From: Rhodobacter sp.
GTDB lineage: Bacteria > Pseudomonadota > Alphaproteobacteria > Rhodobacterales > Rhodobacteraceae
DNA: 64,000 nucleotides
Assembly: GCA_022824145.1 (NCBI GenBank)
Contig: JAJEAY010000139.1
Coordinates: forward strand, 9,781 to 73,780
Reading direction: 5' to 3'
The position numbers and the translations under genes were made by a program. Shown in pieces: positions 49,344 to 59,457 of this stretch (positions within the stretch are counted from its first letter, which is position 1; the number at the start of each line of letters is the position of its first letter). Below the pieces are notes generated by a model. It worked only from the letters and a program-made list of their open reading frames with translations, did no database searches and was not told where the DNA came from.

Positions 49344-51071
49344 ATGGCACTTAAACAAACCGCAACGCTCGCGTCCGCGCTCGCACTGCTGGCCGCCAGC
49401 GCGCTTGCGCAGGACGTTCCGCGCGAAGATACCGTAATCTTTGACCTGGACCGCACTATCAAGGATCCGGAGAACTTCAACTGGATGACGCCTGGAACCA
49501 AGCGCATGCACGGCGCTCACCAGGCGATGTGGGAACCGCTGTTTATCCTGAACTACGGAACCGGGCAGCTTGACCCGTGGCTTGGAACCGAGATCACCCC
49601 GAACGACACCAGCGACGTTTGGACCCTGAAACTCCGCGAAGGCGTCGAATGGTCTGACGGTGAGGCGTTCAACGCGGATGACGTCGTCTTCACCGTCAAT
49701 ATGGCGATCTCCAACGAAGAGATATCCAGCCGTGAGGCCGCCACTGTCCGCGCACAGGTTGCCAGTGTCGAGAAGATCGACGACCTGACCGTGAGATTCA
49801 CCCTCAATGCGTCCAACCCGCGCTTTGCCGTCGAGAACTTCGGGGTCCGAATATTCGGCTCGTTCCTGATCATGCCGCAGCACGTCTGGGAAGGCCAGAA
49901 TCCCGCGACATTCGCGTTCTATCCACCGATCGGCACTGGCCCTTACACGTATGCTTCCGGCGCCACCAACCGGATGATCTGGGATCTCAATGACGGATGG
50001 TGGGGCGCAAAGACGGGCTTCATGGATCTTCCTGAGCCCAAGCGTCTGATCTGGCTGGAATCCGGCGGAGCCGAAAGCCGCGCACAGCTCATGGCGACAA
50101 ACCAGATGGATGCGGCGCAGAATGTCAGCGTCGGCACTTACGAAGCGATAAAGGCACAGAATCCGAGTGTCATCGCCTGGTACGAGGACTACCCCTACGC
50201 CTCGGCCGACCCTTGTGCCCGCCAGCTTGAGATCAATACGACGATCTCGCCCTGGGACAGTCCGGCGATGCGGCGCGCGGTCAACCACATCATCGACCGC
50301 AGCCAGATCGTAAACGTCGCGATTGAGGGCGCCACCGTTCCCAGCGAAACCATGTTCGTCCAGTATGGATCCATGGCGCAGTACATCGACGCTGTCAAAG
50401 CAGCGGGCCACGGCCTCTCGCCAACTGCCGACGCTGCCGCAGGGCAAGCCCTCATCGAGGCTCAGGGCTACGCCATGGGCAATGATGGAATCTATGAAAA
50501 GGACGGCGAGGATCTGTCCGTCAAGATCCATGTAAACTCCGCATCAACGGAATACACAAAGACGATTGACGTTATTGTCGAACAGTTGAACCGTGCCGGC
50601 ATCAGCGCGAGTTCGGTTCCCGTCGAAAACGGAGTGTTCTGGGGAGAAGTCCTGCCCTTCGGCGCTTACGAAATGACCTACAGCTGGCTTTCCTGCGGTT
50701 CCGTCAACGAGCCCTGGACCTCCATGAGCCGTTACACGGTCAAGGATGTGGTTCCGGTCGGCGAGCGCTCGCCGGGTTTCAACAACACTTCCAGATGGGA
50801 CTCCGAGGCGGCGGCCATGTACTCGGAAATCGTCGACAGAATGGGGTCGATGGCCCTGGATGACCCGGCGACTCCGGGCATGGTGGCAGAGGCCTATCAG
50901 TATCTGGCCGAAGAGATGCCCTTCATACCGCTGGTTCAGTCGGCGAAACTGCTTCCGCTAAACACCACGTATTGGGAAGGATGGCCGTCCTCTGACAATT
51001 ACTACAACCATCCGTTCTTCTGGTGGAACCATACACACCAGATCATCCACAATCTCGAAAAAGCCAACTAA
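49344..51071 (+). CDS. ABC transporter substrate-binding protein, family 5 (peptide/opine/oligosaccharide type)
   Basis: The ATG at 49344 follows AGGGAGA. Signal peptide MALKQTATLASALALLAASALA. Length about 575 aa. Confidence 0.9.
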   Translation: MALKQTATLASALALLAASALAQDVPREDTVIFDLDRTIKDPENFNWMTPGTKRMHGAHQAMWEPLFILNYGTGQLDPWLGTEITPNDTSDVWTLKLREGVEWSDGEAFNADDVVFTVNMAISNEEISSREAATVRAQVASVEKIDDLTVRFTLNASNPRFAVENFGVRIFGSFLIMPQHVWEGQNPATFAFYPPIGTGPYTYASGATNRMIWDLNDGWWGAKTGFMDLPEPKRLIWLESGGAESRAQLMATNQMDAAQNVSVGTYEAIKAQNPSVIAWYEDYPYASADPCARQLEINTTISPWDSPAMRRAVNHIIDRSQIVNVAIEGATVPSETMFVQYGSMAQYIDAVKAAGHGLSPTADAAAGQALIEAQGYAMGNDGIYEKDGEDLSVKIHVNSASTEYTKTIDVIVEQLNRAGISASSVPVENGVFWGEVLPFGAYEMTYSWLSCGSVNEPWTSMSRYTVKDVVPVGERSPGFNNTSRWDSEAAAMYSEIVDRMGSMALDDPATPGMVAEAYQYLAEEMPFIPLVQSAKLLPLNTTYWEGWPSSDNYYNHPFFWWNHTHQIIHNLEKAN

Positions 51072-51140
51072 GGCATTGCCGGCGGGAAGCCATCCCCGCC
51101 GGCTTCCAAACTTCGGGCCGGAACAAAGGACTGAGGACGG

Positions 51141-51908
51141 ATGTCCGACATCAACGATCGATTCTCGGCTGACGGTGTCCTCCGTGTACGGGGAGTGTTC
51201 TCCACGTCGGAAGTTGCGGCGCTTGAAGAGGATTTCGACCGCATCGTAGCCCAGATATCAGCTTCCGGCGAGTGCATTGACGCCACTTGGGACGGCGGAC
51301 AGACCGCTGGCATCACAAAGCCCGGCGACCGGATCCTGCATACCCACAACGTGCAGAAATACTCCCGCAGATGGATGGACGCGTTCCTGGCGCCGAACTT
51401 CCTCGATGTTGTGGAAGCCATACTCGGCCCGGACATTGTCCTGCACCATTCGAAACTCTTCCAGAAGCCGCCTGAGAAGGGATCACCGTTTCCGATGCAT
51501 CAGGACTGGCCATATTTTCCGACCGCCAGAGATACGATGATCGCCGGAATCATCCATGTGTCGGAGGCCACGGATGAAATGGGATGCCTACGGGTCTATC
51601 CAGGATCGCACCGTCTGGGGCGGGTCGGAGGCGCCGACGGAAGGCGGCCGAACGAGACGCTTGCCAGATACCCGATCGACCGGGCACAGACAGTCGAGGC
51701 CAAACCCGGAGACGTTGTGTTCTTCCATTACTTCACGCTGCATGGCTCCATGCCGAACCGATCGAAAATGACACGCAAGACCGTGCTTTGCCAGATGTAC
51801 GCTGGCACAGACCGAGTTGAAGACGGCAACTCCCATCCGGACGAGCGGCTGGTCCTGCGCGGCTGGAACAGCCATATCTCGCGAATCGCCGCTGGAAAGG
51901 CGGCATGA
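51141..51908 (+). CDS. Phytanoyl-CoA dioxygenase (PhyH) family Fe(II)/2-oxoglutarate dioxygenase, second copy
   Basis: MHQDWPYF (HxD) and FHYFTLHGSMPNRS. Only distantly related to the first copy. Confidence 0.88.
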   Translation: MSDINDRFSADGVLRVRGVFSTSEVAALEEDFDRIVAQISASGECIDATWDGGQTAGITKPGDRILHTHNVQKYSRRWMDAFLAPNFLDVVEAILGPDIVLHHSKLFQKPPEKGSPFPMHQDWPYFPTARDTMIAGIIHVSEATDEMGCLRVYPGSHRLGRVGGADGRRPNETLARYPIDRAQTVEAKPGDVVFFHYFTLHGSMPNRSKMTRKTVLCQMYAGTDRVEDGNSHPDERLVLRGWNSHISRIAAGKAA

Positions 51909-51956
51909 CCGGTCCTATCCATCGGCGCCGGCCGACAGCCTGCTGCAGGCGGTGAT

Positions 51957-52967
51957 TTGAGGATTCCCCGCGGATATCTATTCAACCGGCTGGTGACGCT
52001 GCTGCTCACGGTCTGGATCGCCGCCACCCTGATCTGGATCATTCCGCGCCTGTCACCCGTGGATCCCGCCGACATCATGCTCGGACGCATGGCCGCAGGC
52101 GCAGGCGCCGTGGAAAACGCGGACCGGATCCTCGAACAGCTCAGGGAGAGCTTCGGCCTCAACGATCCACTTATCGTCCAGTACGTTAAGTACCTCAGGA
52201 ACATCGTCCTGTTCGACTTCGGCCTGTCGACCGCGACGTTTCCGACCAAGGTTTCGGCCTTGATCGCGCGCGCGCTTCCCTGGACGGTTGGGCTGATGAT
52301 GCTGTCGCTGCTCATCACCTTCTTCATCGGCAACCTCCTTGGCGCCTTGATGGTCTGGAGTCATTCACCGAAGCTCATTCGGGTCGCGATCCCGGCGGCA
52401 ATGGTGTTCACCTCGGTTCCGCCGATTCTCAGCGGACTTCTTCTGATGTGGATTTTCGCGGCGAAGCTTCGGTGGTTTCCGCTTGCCGGCTCCTACGGAC
52501 TGACCGTCGAGCCCGGTTGGGACTGGGGTTTCGTCATGTCCGTAATTCACCACGGATTCCTGCCAGCGCTTTCGATCGTCATCGTGACCTTCGGATTCTG
52601 GGCGCTTGGCATGCGCGGTATGATGATCACCGTACAGGGAGAAGACTATGTCAAACTCGCCGAGGCCAAGGGGCTGCGGCCGCGCACGATTCTCTACTGG
52701 TACATGATCCGCAACGCGATCCTTCCGCAGATCACCGCCTTTGCGCTCAAGATCGGCCTGCTTGTCGCCGGGCAGGTTCTGGTCGAGCGAATTTTCGCCT
52801 ACAATGGCATGGGCAAGCTTCTTTATGATGCGATACTTGACCAGGACTTTCCGGTAATTCAGGGCGTGAGCTACGTCATAATTCTGATGACGGCGCTCGC
52901 CGTCTTTCTTGTCGATCTCGCCTATCCGCTTGTCGACCCCCGAATCCGCCATGGATCCGACGGATGA
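51957..52967 (+). CDS. ABC permease (DppB/OppB-like)
   Basis: TTG start. ..YLFNRLVTLLLTVWIAATLIWIIPRL.. N-terminus is typical of the family. Confidence 0.9.
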   Translation: MRIPRGYLFNRLVTLLLTVWIAATLIWIIPRLSPVDPADIMLGRMAAGAGAVENADRILEQLRESFGLNDPLIVQYVKYLRNIVLFDFGLSTATFPTKVSALIARALPWTVGLMMLSLLITFFIGNLLGALMVWSHSPKLIRVAIPAAMVFTSVPPILSGLLLMWIFAAKLRWFPLAGSYGLTVEPGWDWGFVMSVIHHGFLPALSIVIVTFGFWALGMRGMMITVQGEDYVKLAEAKGLRPRTILYWYMIRNAILPQITAFALKIGLLVAGQVLVERIFAYNGMGKLLYDAILDQDFPVIQGVSYVIILMTALAVFLVDLAYPLVDPRIRHGSDG

Positions 52968-53878
52968 CAGCCGCTGCTACACGCGCAGGACGGAGACGGA
53001 TGCGCCGCTTCGACAATCCGTGGACGAATCCGAAACTCGTCTGGGGCGCTGGACTTCTTCTGGCTGTCGTTGCGCTCGGGCTTCTAGGCCGGCTCTTCTG
53101 GGATCTTGATCTGGTCTTCACCGGATCCGCGCCTTTGAAGCTGCCTCCCATCGGCTTCGAAAACCTGCGCGGTCAGCCAGGCGTACTGAACCATCCCATC
53201 GGAACAGACGGTTCCGGGCGGGACATGCTGGCGCTGATCGCGATCGGCGCACCAAACTCGCTCTTCGTCGGACTCCTCGCCAGCCTGATAGGAATGAGCG
53301 CGGGCATTGTTCTGGGCTTCACTGCCGGCTTCGTGAACGGACGGACAGATGACGTGATCCGAGTCCTCTCCGACGTGATGATAACCATCCCGCCCCTTCT
53401 GATTCTCGTGGTTTTCCAGTCAGCCTTCGGCGACGTTTCCCTGACCATGATGGCGCTGCTGATCGCCGGTTTCGCGTGGCAGTCGCCTACTCGGCTGATC
53501 CGCGCCCAAGTGCTCTCGATGAAACAGTCCGGCTACGTGACGATGGCAAGACTGTCCGGTGCGCCGACCAGCCACATCATGTTCCGGGAGATGCTGCCAA
53601 ATCTCGTCCCGTACCTGTTTGGCAGCTTCATCGCCAACGTGACGACCTCGATCGTAACAGCGGTCGGTCTGGAGGTTCTTGGGCTGGGCCCGCAGCGGAT
53701 TCCAACTCTGGGGCGCACGATCTATGACGCGATCAGCGCCGGGGCGTTGATCCAGAACCTATGGTGGTGGTGGGGAATTCCCACAATCCTGCTCGCCGTC
53801 ATGTTCATAGGGCTGCTGCTGGTAAACCTCGGTTTGGACGAGATTTCCAATCCGCGCCTCAGAAGGCTCAAGCGATGA
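52964..53878 (+). CDS. ABC permease (DppC/OppC-like)
   Basis: ATGA overlap with the upstream permease. Multi-TM BPD_transp_1. Confidence 0.9.
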   Translation: MTAAATRAGRRRMRRFDNPWTNPKLVWGAGLLLAVVALGLLGRLFWDLDLVFTGSAPLKLPPIGFENLRGQPGVLNHPIGTDGSGRDMLALIAIGAPNSLFVGLLASLIGMSAGIVLGFTAGFVNGRTDDVIRVLSDVMITIPPLLILVVFQSAFGDVSLTMMALLIAGFAWQSPTRLIRAQVLSMKQSGYVTMARLSGAPTSHIMFREMLPNLVPYLFGSFIANVTTSIVTAVGLEVLGLGPQRIPTLGRTIYDAISAGALIQNLWWWWGIPTILLAVMFIGLLLVNLGLDEISNPRLRRLKR

Positions 53879-54032
53879 CCCATTGTCATCGGACACTCCG
53901 GCTGATGTCTGCCGCGGCGGCGAGGATGCTGCGCTTTCGCGGCGAGCCGTTGATGCACTTGATTCCAGGCCGCACATTTTCGGAGCTGACTGGGGTTCCC
54001 AAATCCACGGATCCGCTGGTCCGGCGGGATCC

Positions 54033-55757
54033 ATGACAGATCGTCCGGTCCTTACCCTTCGGGATCTTTCCGTTGACTTCCCGACACCGCAGGGTGTCGT
54101 GCAGGCGGTTCGAAGCCTTTCCCTGAACGTCCCGATGGGACGTCGCGTCGGACTGATCGGAGAGAGCGGATCGGGAAAGACAACGACGGCTCTGGCCATA
54201 ATGCGCATGCTCGCGGAACCGGGCTACGTATCCGACGGCGTCATTGATTTAAGCGGAATCGACGTGCTGCAGCTGACCGAAGAGGAGATACGCCTCGCCC
54301 GGCTGTCCCGTGTAGCATACATCCCGCAGGGAGCGATGAATTCCCTCAATCCTGTAATGCGCGTAGAACACCAGCTTTGGGATGCAGTAACCGCGCATGA
54401 AGGCCAAGTGGATTCCGCCGAACTCAAAAGCCGCGCCTGTGAAGCGCTCGAAGGCGTTAGCCTCCATCCGGAAACTGGGCGCCTGTATCCGCATGAGCTC
54501 TCGGGCGGAATGAAGCAAAGGATCTGCATCGCGCTCGGAATGATTCTTCGGCCAGAACTGATCATCGCTGACGAGCCGACGTCAGCGCTGGATGTCGTAA
54601 CCCAACGGCAGGTGATGCAGACGCTCAAGGAAGCTCAGGCACTTGCGGGATCGGGCCTGATCCTCATCGGACATGACATGGGGCTTATGGCGCAGTCGGT
54701 CGACGAACTGGCTGTCCTGAAGGAGGGGGAACTGGTCGAACACGGCGACGTCCGGCAGATAATGGACAATCCCCAACACCCTTATACGCGGGATCTGATC
54801 TCCTCGGTACCGCTTGTCGGCGGCGAAAGCTTCCTGAGGCCGTCCGCCGATCCAGCACCGCCGCCGAAACGGCGCAGCAGTGACCCTCTGCTGTCACTCG
54901 ACCGCGCAAGCAAGGTATACGGCCGACTCACCGCTTTGCAGCCGCTCAGTTTCACGCTGCAGGGCGACACACCTCAGATCATTTCGATTGTAGGCCAGTC
55001 CGGTTCTGGCAAGTCGACATTGGGCTCGATGATCCTGGGATTCACGCGGCCGACGACAGGCTCCATACGGTTCGAAGGGCAGGATCTCCAGCGAACCGGC
55101 AAGACTGAGGCGCTGGAATTCCGCAAGGACGTTCAGGCAGTTCTTCAGGATCCCTATGCCTGCTTCAACCCGTTCTACCGGGTGAGTCACGCTCTGGCCT
55201 ACCCGTTCAGGCGCTTTGGTCTCGCCCGGAACGAAACGCATGTCCGCAGCAGGATGGAAGAGGTCTGCGTTACCGTAGGCCTGGATCCTGATCTCGTCCT
55301 TCCCCGCTATCCCCACCAGCTGTCCGGTGGACAGCGGCAGCGCCTAATCGTCGCCCGCGCACTGATGCTTTCGCCGAAGCTTCTGGTCGCCGACGAACCG
55401 GTATCCATGGTTGACGCGAGCCTGCGCGCCACAATCCTGGCGAACATTTACGACCTAAAGGACAGGTTCGGAATCTCGATTCTCTACATCACACACGATC
55501 TGGCCACCGCGTATCACGTCTCGGACTATGTAATGGTGCTGTACAAGGGACATGTGGTTGAGGCCGGACCGCCGCGTCAGGTGATCGGCCATCCGGAGCA
55601 TCCCTATACCCGCCTGCTGATAGACTCGATTCCCTGGCCGGATCCAGACCGGCCCTGGGGCAGCGGCGCCGATCCGTCTGCAGAGGAGGTTCACTCCGAA
55701 GACGCGCCGCTTGTGAACAGAGGGTCCGTCAAAGGTTTTGAACTGGTGACGCAGTGA
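54033..55757 (+). CDS. Fused double ATP-binding protein (DppD/DppF-like)
   Basis: Two Walker A sites (GESGSGKTT, GQSGSGKST) and two signatures (LSGGMKQR, LSGGQRQR). ATG 54033 chosen; the ORF-track TTG at 53883 adds 50 non-homologous residues. Confidence 0.9.
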   Translation: MTDRPVLTLRDLSVDFPTPQGVVQAVRSLSLNVPMGRRVGLIGESGSGKTTTALAIMRMLAEPGYVSDGVIDLSGIDVLQLTEEEIRLARLSRVAYIPQGAMNSLNPVMRVEHQLWDAVTAHEGQVDSAELKSRACEALEGVSLHPETGRLYPHELSGGMKQRICIALGMILRPELIIADEPTSALDVVTQRQVMQTLKEAQALAGSGLILIGHDMGLMAQSVDELAVLKEGELVEHGDVRQIMDNPQHPYTRDLISSVPLVGGESFLRPSADPAPPPKRRSSDPLLSLDRASKVYGRLTALQPLSFTLQGDTPQIISIVGQSGSGKSTLGSMILGFTRPTTGSIRFEGQDLQRTGKTEALEFRKDVQAVLQDPYACFNPFYRVSHALAYPFRRFGLARNETHVRSRMEEVCVTVGLDPDLVLPRYPHQLSGGQRQRLIVARALMLSPKLLVADEPVSMVDASLRATILANIYDLKDRFGISILYITHDLATAYHVSDYVMVLYKGHVVEAGPPRQVIGHPEHPYTRLLIDSIPWPDPDRPWGSGADPSAEEVHSEDAPLVNRGSVKGFELVTQ

Positions 55758-58700
55758 AATACGATTACCGGTTCGCGGCTGCCAAGATTCGCGCGAAGCT
55801 TCAGCTTGTGTCGCAGCATATCCACCGTCGAACCGCCACACTCGAGCCTTTGCGGCTTCTGGAACTTTCCGGTCCCGACGAGAATCCTCCGGAGGATCCG
55901 AAACCGAATCGCTGGGCCACCATAGAACCCGAGAGTTATTGGGGACGCGCTGACCTGAACTTCGTTCTAGCAGGATCGTTCAGGGTGCCGACCGGCTGGG
56001 CAGCCGACCGACTCGCTCTGCACCTGCCGCTTGGTACGTTCGGTGATATATTCAATCACCCCGAAGCGCTGGTTCGCGTAGACGACGCACCGGTCGGTAC
56101 GGCTGACCGCTACCACCAGACGATTCCGCTTGATTCTGTGCTTGCGTACGCCAATAGCCACCGCCTCGAACTCCACGGCTGGACCGGTCACACGTGCTGG
56201 CCTCCGGATACTTCAGACCGCACAAAGCTGTTCATGGGCCGCCCGGCACTGGTCGAACGCGATCCGGTTCTGCTTGAGTTCCTCCGGCTGGCGCAGACAA
56301 CGCTCGACGCAGCATCCGAACTTTCGGGCGATCCATCCATCCGAGACAATCTGTTCGAGGCGCTCGACGCGGCGCTTCTGGCGCTTGACACCTGGGAACT
56401 GCCCGGAAACGCGATCTACGAGAGTGCTCCAAATGCACTTTCCATCCTCCGCGATGGCATAAACGCGGCGGGAAAACCGCTCGATGTCACCCTTCATGCA
56501 ATCGGCCACGCACATCTCGACATCGCATATCTCTGGACGATCGATCAGTCACGCCGCAAGGCCGTACGGACGTTCTCGAACGTTCTCCGGTTGATGGAAG
56601 CGGATCCCGATTACAGATTCTGCCAGTCCCAAGCGCATATCTACGCATTCTGCGCCAAAGACGATCCCGAACAGTTCAGGCGCATACGCGCCCGGGTCGA
56701 AGAGGGACGCTGGGAGATTCTGGGCGGAATGTGGGTGGAGCCGGATCTCAACATTCCCGGACCTGAATCGCTGGTGCGCCAGCTCCAGCTTGGTCGGGGC
56801 TATTTCCGCGATACGTTCGGCGAGCCCGAGACTCCCGTTCTGTGGCTGCCTGATACTTTCGGGTTTCCCGGACAGGTTCCCCAGCTCATGAAACTGGCCG
56901 GGCTGAAGTGGTTCTGCACGAACAAGCTGAACTGGAACCAGGTAAACCGTGTGCACCCAACCCACGTTTGGGAAGGGATCGACGGTACGCGCGTTCTTGC
57001 CCATGTCCTGACAACGCCGCGAAGCGTGGAATACCTGCCGTTCCCGACAAACTACAAAAGCGACCTCACCGCCCGCGAGGTTCTCGGCACGGTTACCCGG
57101 GCAGATCCTGGCTCAGGCAACCTTCCGATTTGTTTTGGATACGGCGACGGCGGTGGTGGACCAACGGAAGAGCTTCTTTCGCGGGCGCGCGCGTTTGCGG
57201 ACATGCCCGGAATGCCTCGTACGGTCATGTCCAGCGTGAATGCGGCCTTCGAAGCCATGGAAGCGGAAGGGCGCCCCCTGCCCGTTCACGTTGGCGAACA
57301 CTACCTTGAAGGCCACCGCGGGACACTGACCAGCCAGGCCTGGATCAAGCGGGCCAACCGTCGCAATGAACGGGCGCTGCACGAAGCCGAGGCAATGTCG
57401 GTGCTGGCAGGGCTTTCGCCTGACCTCAGCGAAGCGTGGGAACTGCTTTGCCGCAATCAGTTCCATGACACAATCTCCGGTGTCTGCGTGCCGAAGGCGA
57501 TTGAGGATTCCCGCGTCGACCATGTCCGAATTGCCGAGCTTGCCGAGACTGCCGCCAAGGCGGCGGCGGACGCGCTTGTCGCAGAGGCGTCCGAACCGTT
57601 GGTACTGAATGCGGCGCCGGTCAGCGCGGACCGAATCGCCGAACTGCCAGAAACCAGCGCAGCTGTTTCGATGACCCAGCAGACTGAAAACGGAGCGCTG
57701 ATCTATCTGCCTCGCCTTCCGGCATACTCCGCAACACCGCTCTCTATGGCCGCCGCACAGGCGCCGGACGGCCTTTCCGTCCACCTTGAGGAAGGCGGCG
57801 GGGGCGCTGTGATGGAGAATGGTGTCCTAAAGGTCCGACTCGACCGCTTCGGCCGACTCGTCTCGGCATTCGACAAAGCAATTTGCATGGAGACACTCGC
57901 TGAAGGGTTGCCTGCCAACCAGTTTCAGGCGTTCGAAGACCGGCCGATCTGCTGGGATGCCTGGGACATTGATCCTGATTTCGAGGATCGCATCGAGCCT
58001 GTCATGGAACCGGCGACCTTCCGTATTATCGAACACGGACCTATTCGGGCGTCAATCCGCACCCAGCGGAGGTGGCGTGGGAGCACGATCTCTCAGGACA
58101 TCCGGCTTGCTGCCGGCACTGCCCGAACCGACTTTGTCACGACGGTCGACTGGCACCAGACCCATACGCTTCTGAAAGTCGCCTTCCCGGTCGCAGTGAA
58201 CAGCCCGAGCGCCCTTTTCGACATCCAGTGGGGCGCCATCGAGCGCTCCACCAAGCGCGACACGCCGTTCGAGTGCGCACGCTTTGAGGTACCGGCGCAG
58301 AAATGGGTTTTGCTGTCTGACGGCTCTCGTGGAACGGCTGTTCTGAACGACTGCAAATACGGCCATGACGTAAAAGACAATGTCATGCGCCTGACATTGA
58401 TAAAGTCTGCGACGTCACCTGACCCTGACGCTGATCAGGGACTCCACGAATTCATCTATAGTTTCCTTCCGTTCTCCGGAGACGGCCGTGCGGAGGTCGA
58501 CGCTGCCGCCTACGATATCAACACCCCGCTACGCATCGCTTGGCCCACGGGGAGCGTACGCAATGCGGCTGTCGATGGCACTCCTTTCGTTCGCATTTCT
58601 GGCGCTCGCGCAATCTGCGAGACGCTTAAGCCTGGCAAAGACGGCAGCGTTATCCTGCGCCTGTTCGAGCCGGACGGAGTTGGCGGTACGGTGAATCTGC

Positions 58701-58846
58701 GGTTTCGGACCCGAGTCAACTCAGCCCATCGCTGCGATCTTCTGGAAAACCCGACAGCTCCGGTCAACGCAATTGGAGATTCAGTATCGTTTGAACTGGG
58801 CCCATTCGAGATCCTGACACTGCGGATCCGTCCTGCGGCAGGCTGA
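55754..58846 (+). CDS. Glycoside hydrolase family 38 alpha-mannosidase, cytoplasmic
   Basis: 1030 aa. N-terminal catalytic motif HAIGHAHLDIAYLW. No signal peptide. GTGA overlap with the ATPase stop. Confidence 0.9.
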   Translation: MKYDYRFAAAKIRAKLQLVSQHIHRRTATLEPLRLLELSGPDENPPEDPKPNRWATIEPESYWGRADLNFVLAGSFRVPTGWAADRLALHLPLGTFGDIFNHPEALVRVDDAPVGTADRYHQTIPLDSVLAYANSHRLELHGWTGHTCWPPDTSDRTKLFMGRPALVERDPVLLEFLRLAQTTLDAASELSGDPSIRDNLFEALDAALLALDTWELPGNAIYESAPNALSILRDGINAAGKPLDVTLHAIGHAHLDIAYLWTIDQSRRKAVRTFSNVLRLMEADPDYRFCQSQAHIYAFCAKDDPEQFRRIRARVEEGRWEILGGMWVEPDLNIPGPESLVRQLQLGRGYFRDTFGEPETPVLWLPDTFGFPGQVPQLMKLAGLKWFCTNKLNWNQVNRVHPTHVWEGIDGTRVLAHVLTTPRSVEYLPFPTNYKSDLTAREVLGTVTRADPGSGNLPICFGYGDGGGGPTEELLSRARAFADMPGMPRTVMSSVNAAFEAMEAEGRPLPVHVGEHYLEGHRGTLTSQAWIKRANRRNERALHEAEAMSVLAGLSPDLSEAWELLCRNQFHDTISGVCVPKAIEDSRVDHVRIAELAETAAKAAADALVAEASEPLVLNAAPVSADRIAELPETSAAVSMTQQTENGALIYLPRLPAYSATPLSMAAAQAPDGLSVHLEEGGGGAVMENGVLKVRLDRFGRLVSAFDKAICMETLAEGLPANQFQAFEDRPICWDAWDIDPDFEDRIEPVMEPATFRIIEHGPIRASIRTQRRWRGSTISQDIRLAAGTARTDFVTTVDWHQTHTLLKVAFPVAVNSPSALFDIQWGAIERSTKRDTPFECARFEVPAQKWVLLSDGSRGTAVLNDCKYGHDVKDNVMRLTLIKSATSPDPDADQGLHEFIYSFLPFSGDGRAEVDAAAYDINTPLRIAWPTGSVRNAAVDGTPFVRISGARAICETLKPGKDGSVILRLFEPDGVGGTVNLRFRTRVNSAHRCDLLENPTAPVNAIGDSVSFELGPFEILTLRIRPAAG

Positions 58847-58890
58847 CCCCGTAGGCCGCTCCAGAACTGCGGCGCCCGTGTCGAAGAACT

Positions 58891-58912
58891 CTCAGCTCTT
58901 GAGCGTTTTTTT
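58891..58912 (+). terminator. Weak hairpin plus T7 run after the GH38 gene
   Basis: CTCAGCTCTTGAG then GCGTTTTTTT (T run at 58906-58912). The stem is only 4-5 bp. Confidence 0.3.
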
Positions 58913-58958
58913 CGCTTTGAGCCACAGTCCGCGAGTCTTGGAACGAAGACTGAAGGGG

Positions 58959-59160
58959 TGACCCGGCGAAAGTCAGGCATTCGGTCGAACTCAGATTTTT
59001 TGCAGGACTCCGTTTTCCAGTTGGCTATCCCGGGTTTGTGGCTTGTCGCCGTTTGCCCTGCCGGTCGCATTCCAATGCCAGATGGGGAGGTGTGAACTTC
59101 CGTCAACACCGAAAGGCGTTTCCATCGAAAAGGCGCCGGAATCCATTCCATGCAGCTTTC
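58959..59160 (+). repeat. Copy B of the diverged non-coding segment (see 46183-46440)
   Basis: Same ordered shared strings as copy A. Offset about 12,775 bp. Confidence 0.5.
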
Positions 59161-59457
59161 CCGAATTCAGCGAGCATCCACCAAGGTCCAGTCTGGATCA
59201 CCGTTCTTTGCATTGACGGATGTGCGACCGCGGCACAGTCATGCCGACCGACGTCCGATGCGGCTTACTTCGCGCCAAAGGACAACAACCTCCGAATACG
59301 CCGCAGAATTTTGGCCGACGCCGTTTCGGCGGCGGGAAATGCGACACTGCAGCGGCGGACGAACAAGTCTGGGCGGCGGCGCCGCTAGCTTCCGGCTTGA
59401 GGCCCCATATCCAGTTATGCTATATGCTGCTGCAGGTAGCCGGATCAGGATTCCGTA

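Noticed and set aside
53879-54032. 155-nt gap inside the ABC operon, with a hairpin (GGATCCGC .. GCGGGATCC, 54009-54032) abutting the ATPase ATG. It could be a translational attenuator.
   Set aside because: The picture is ambiguous. The ORF is open from TTG 53883, so the gap may simply be a mis-chosen start. The hairpin has a bulge and there is no supporting evidence.
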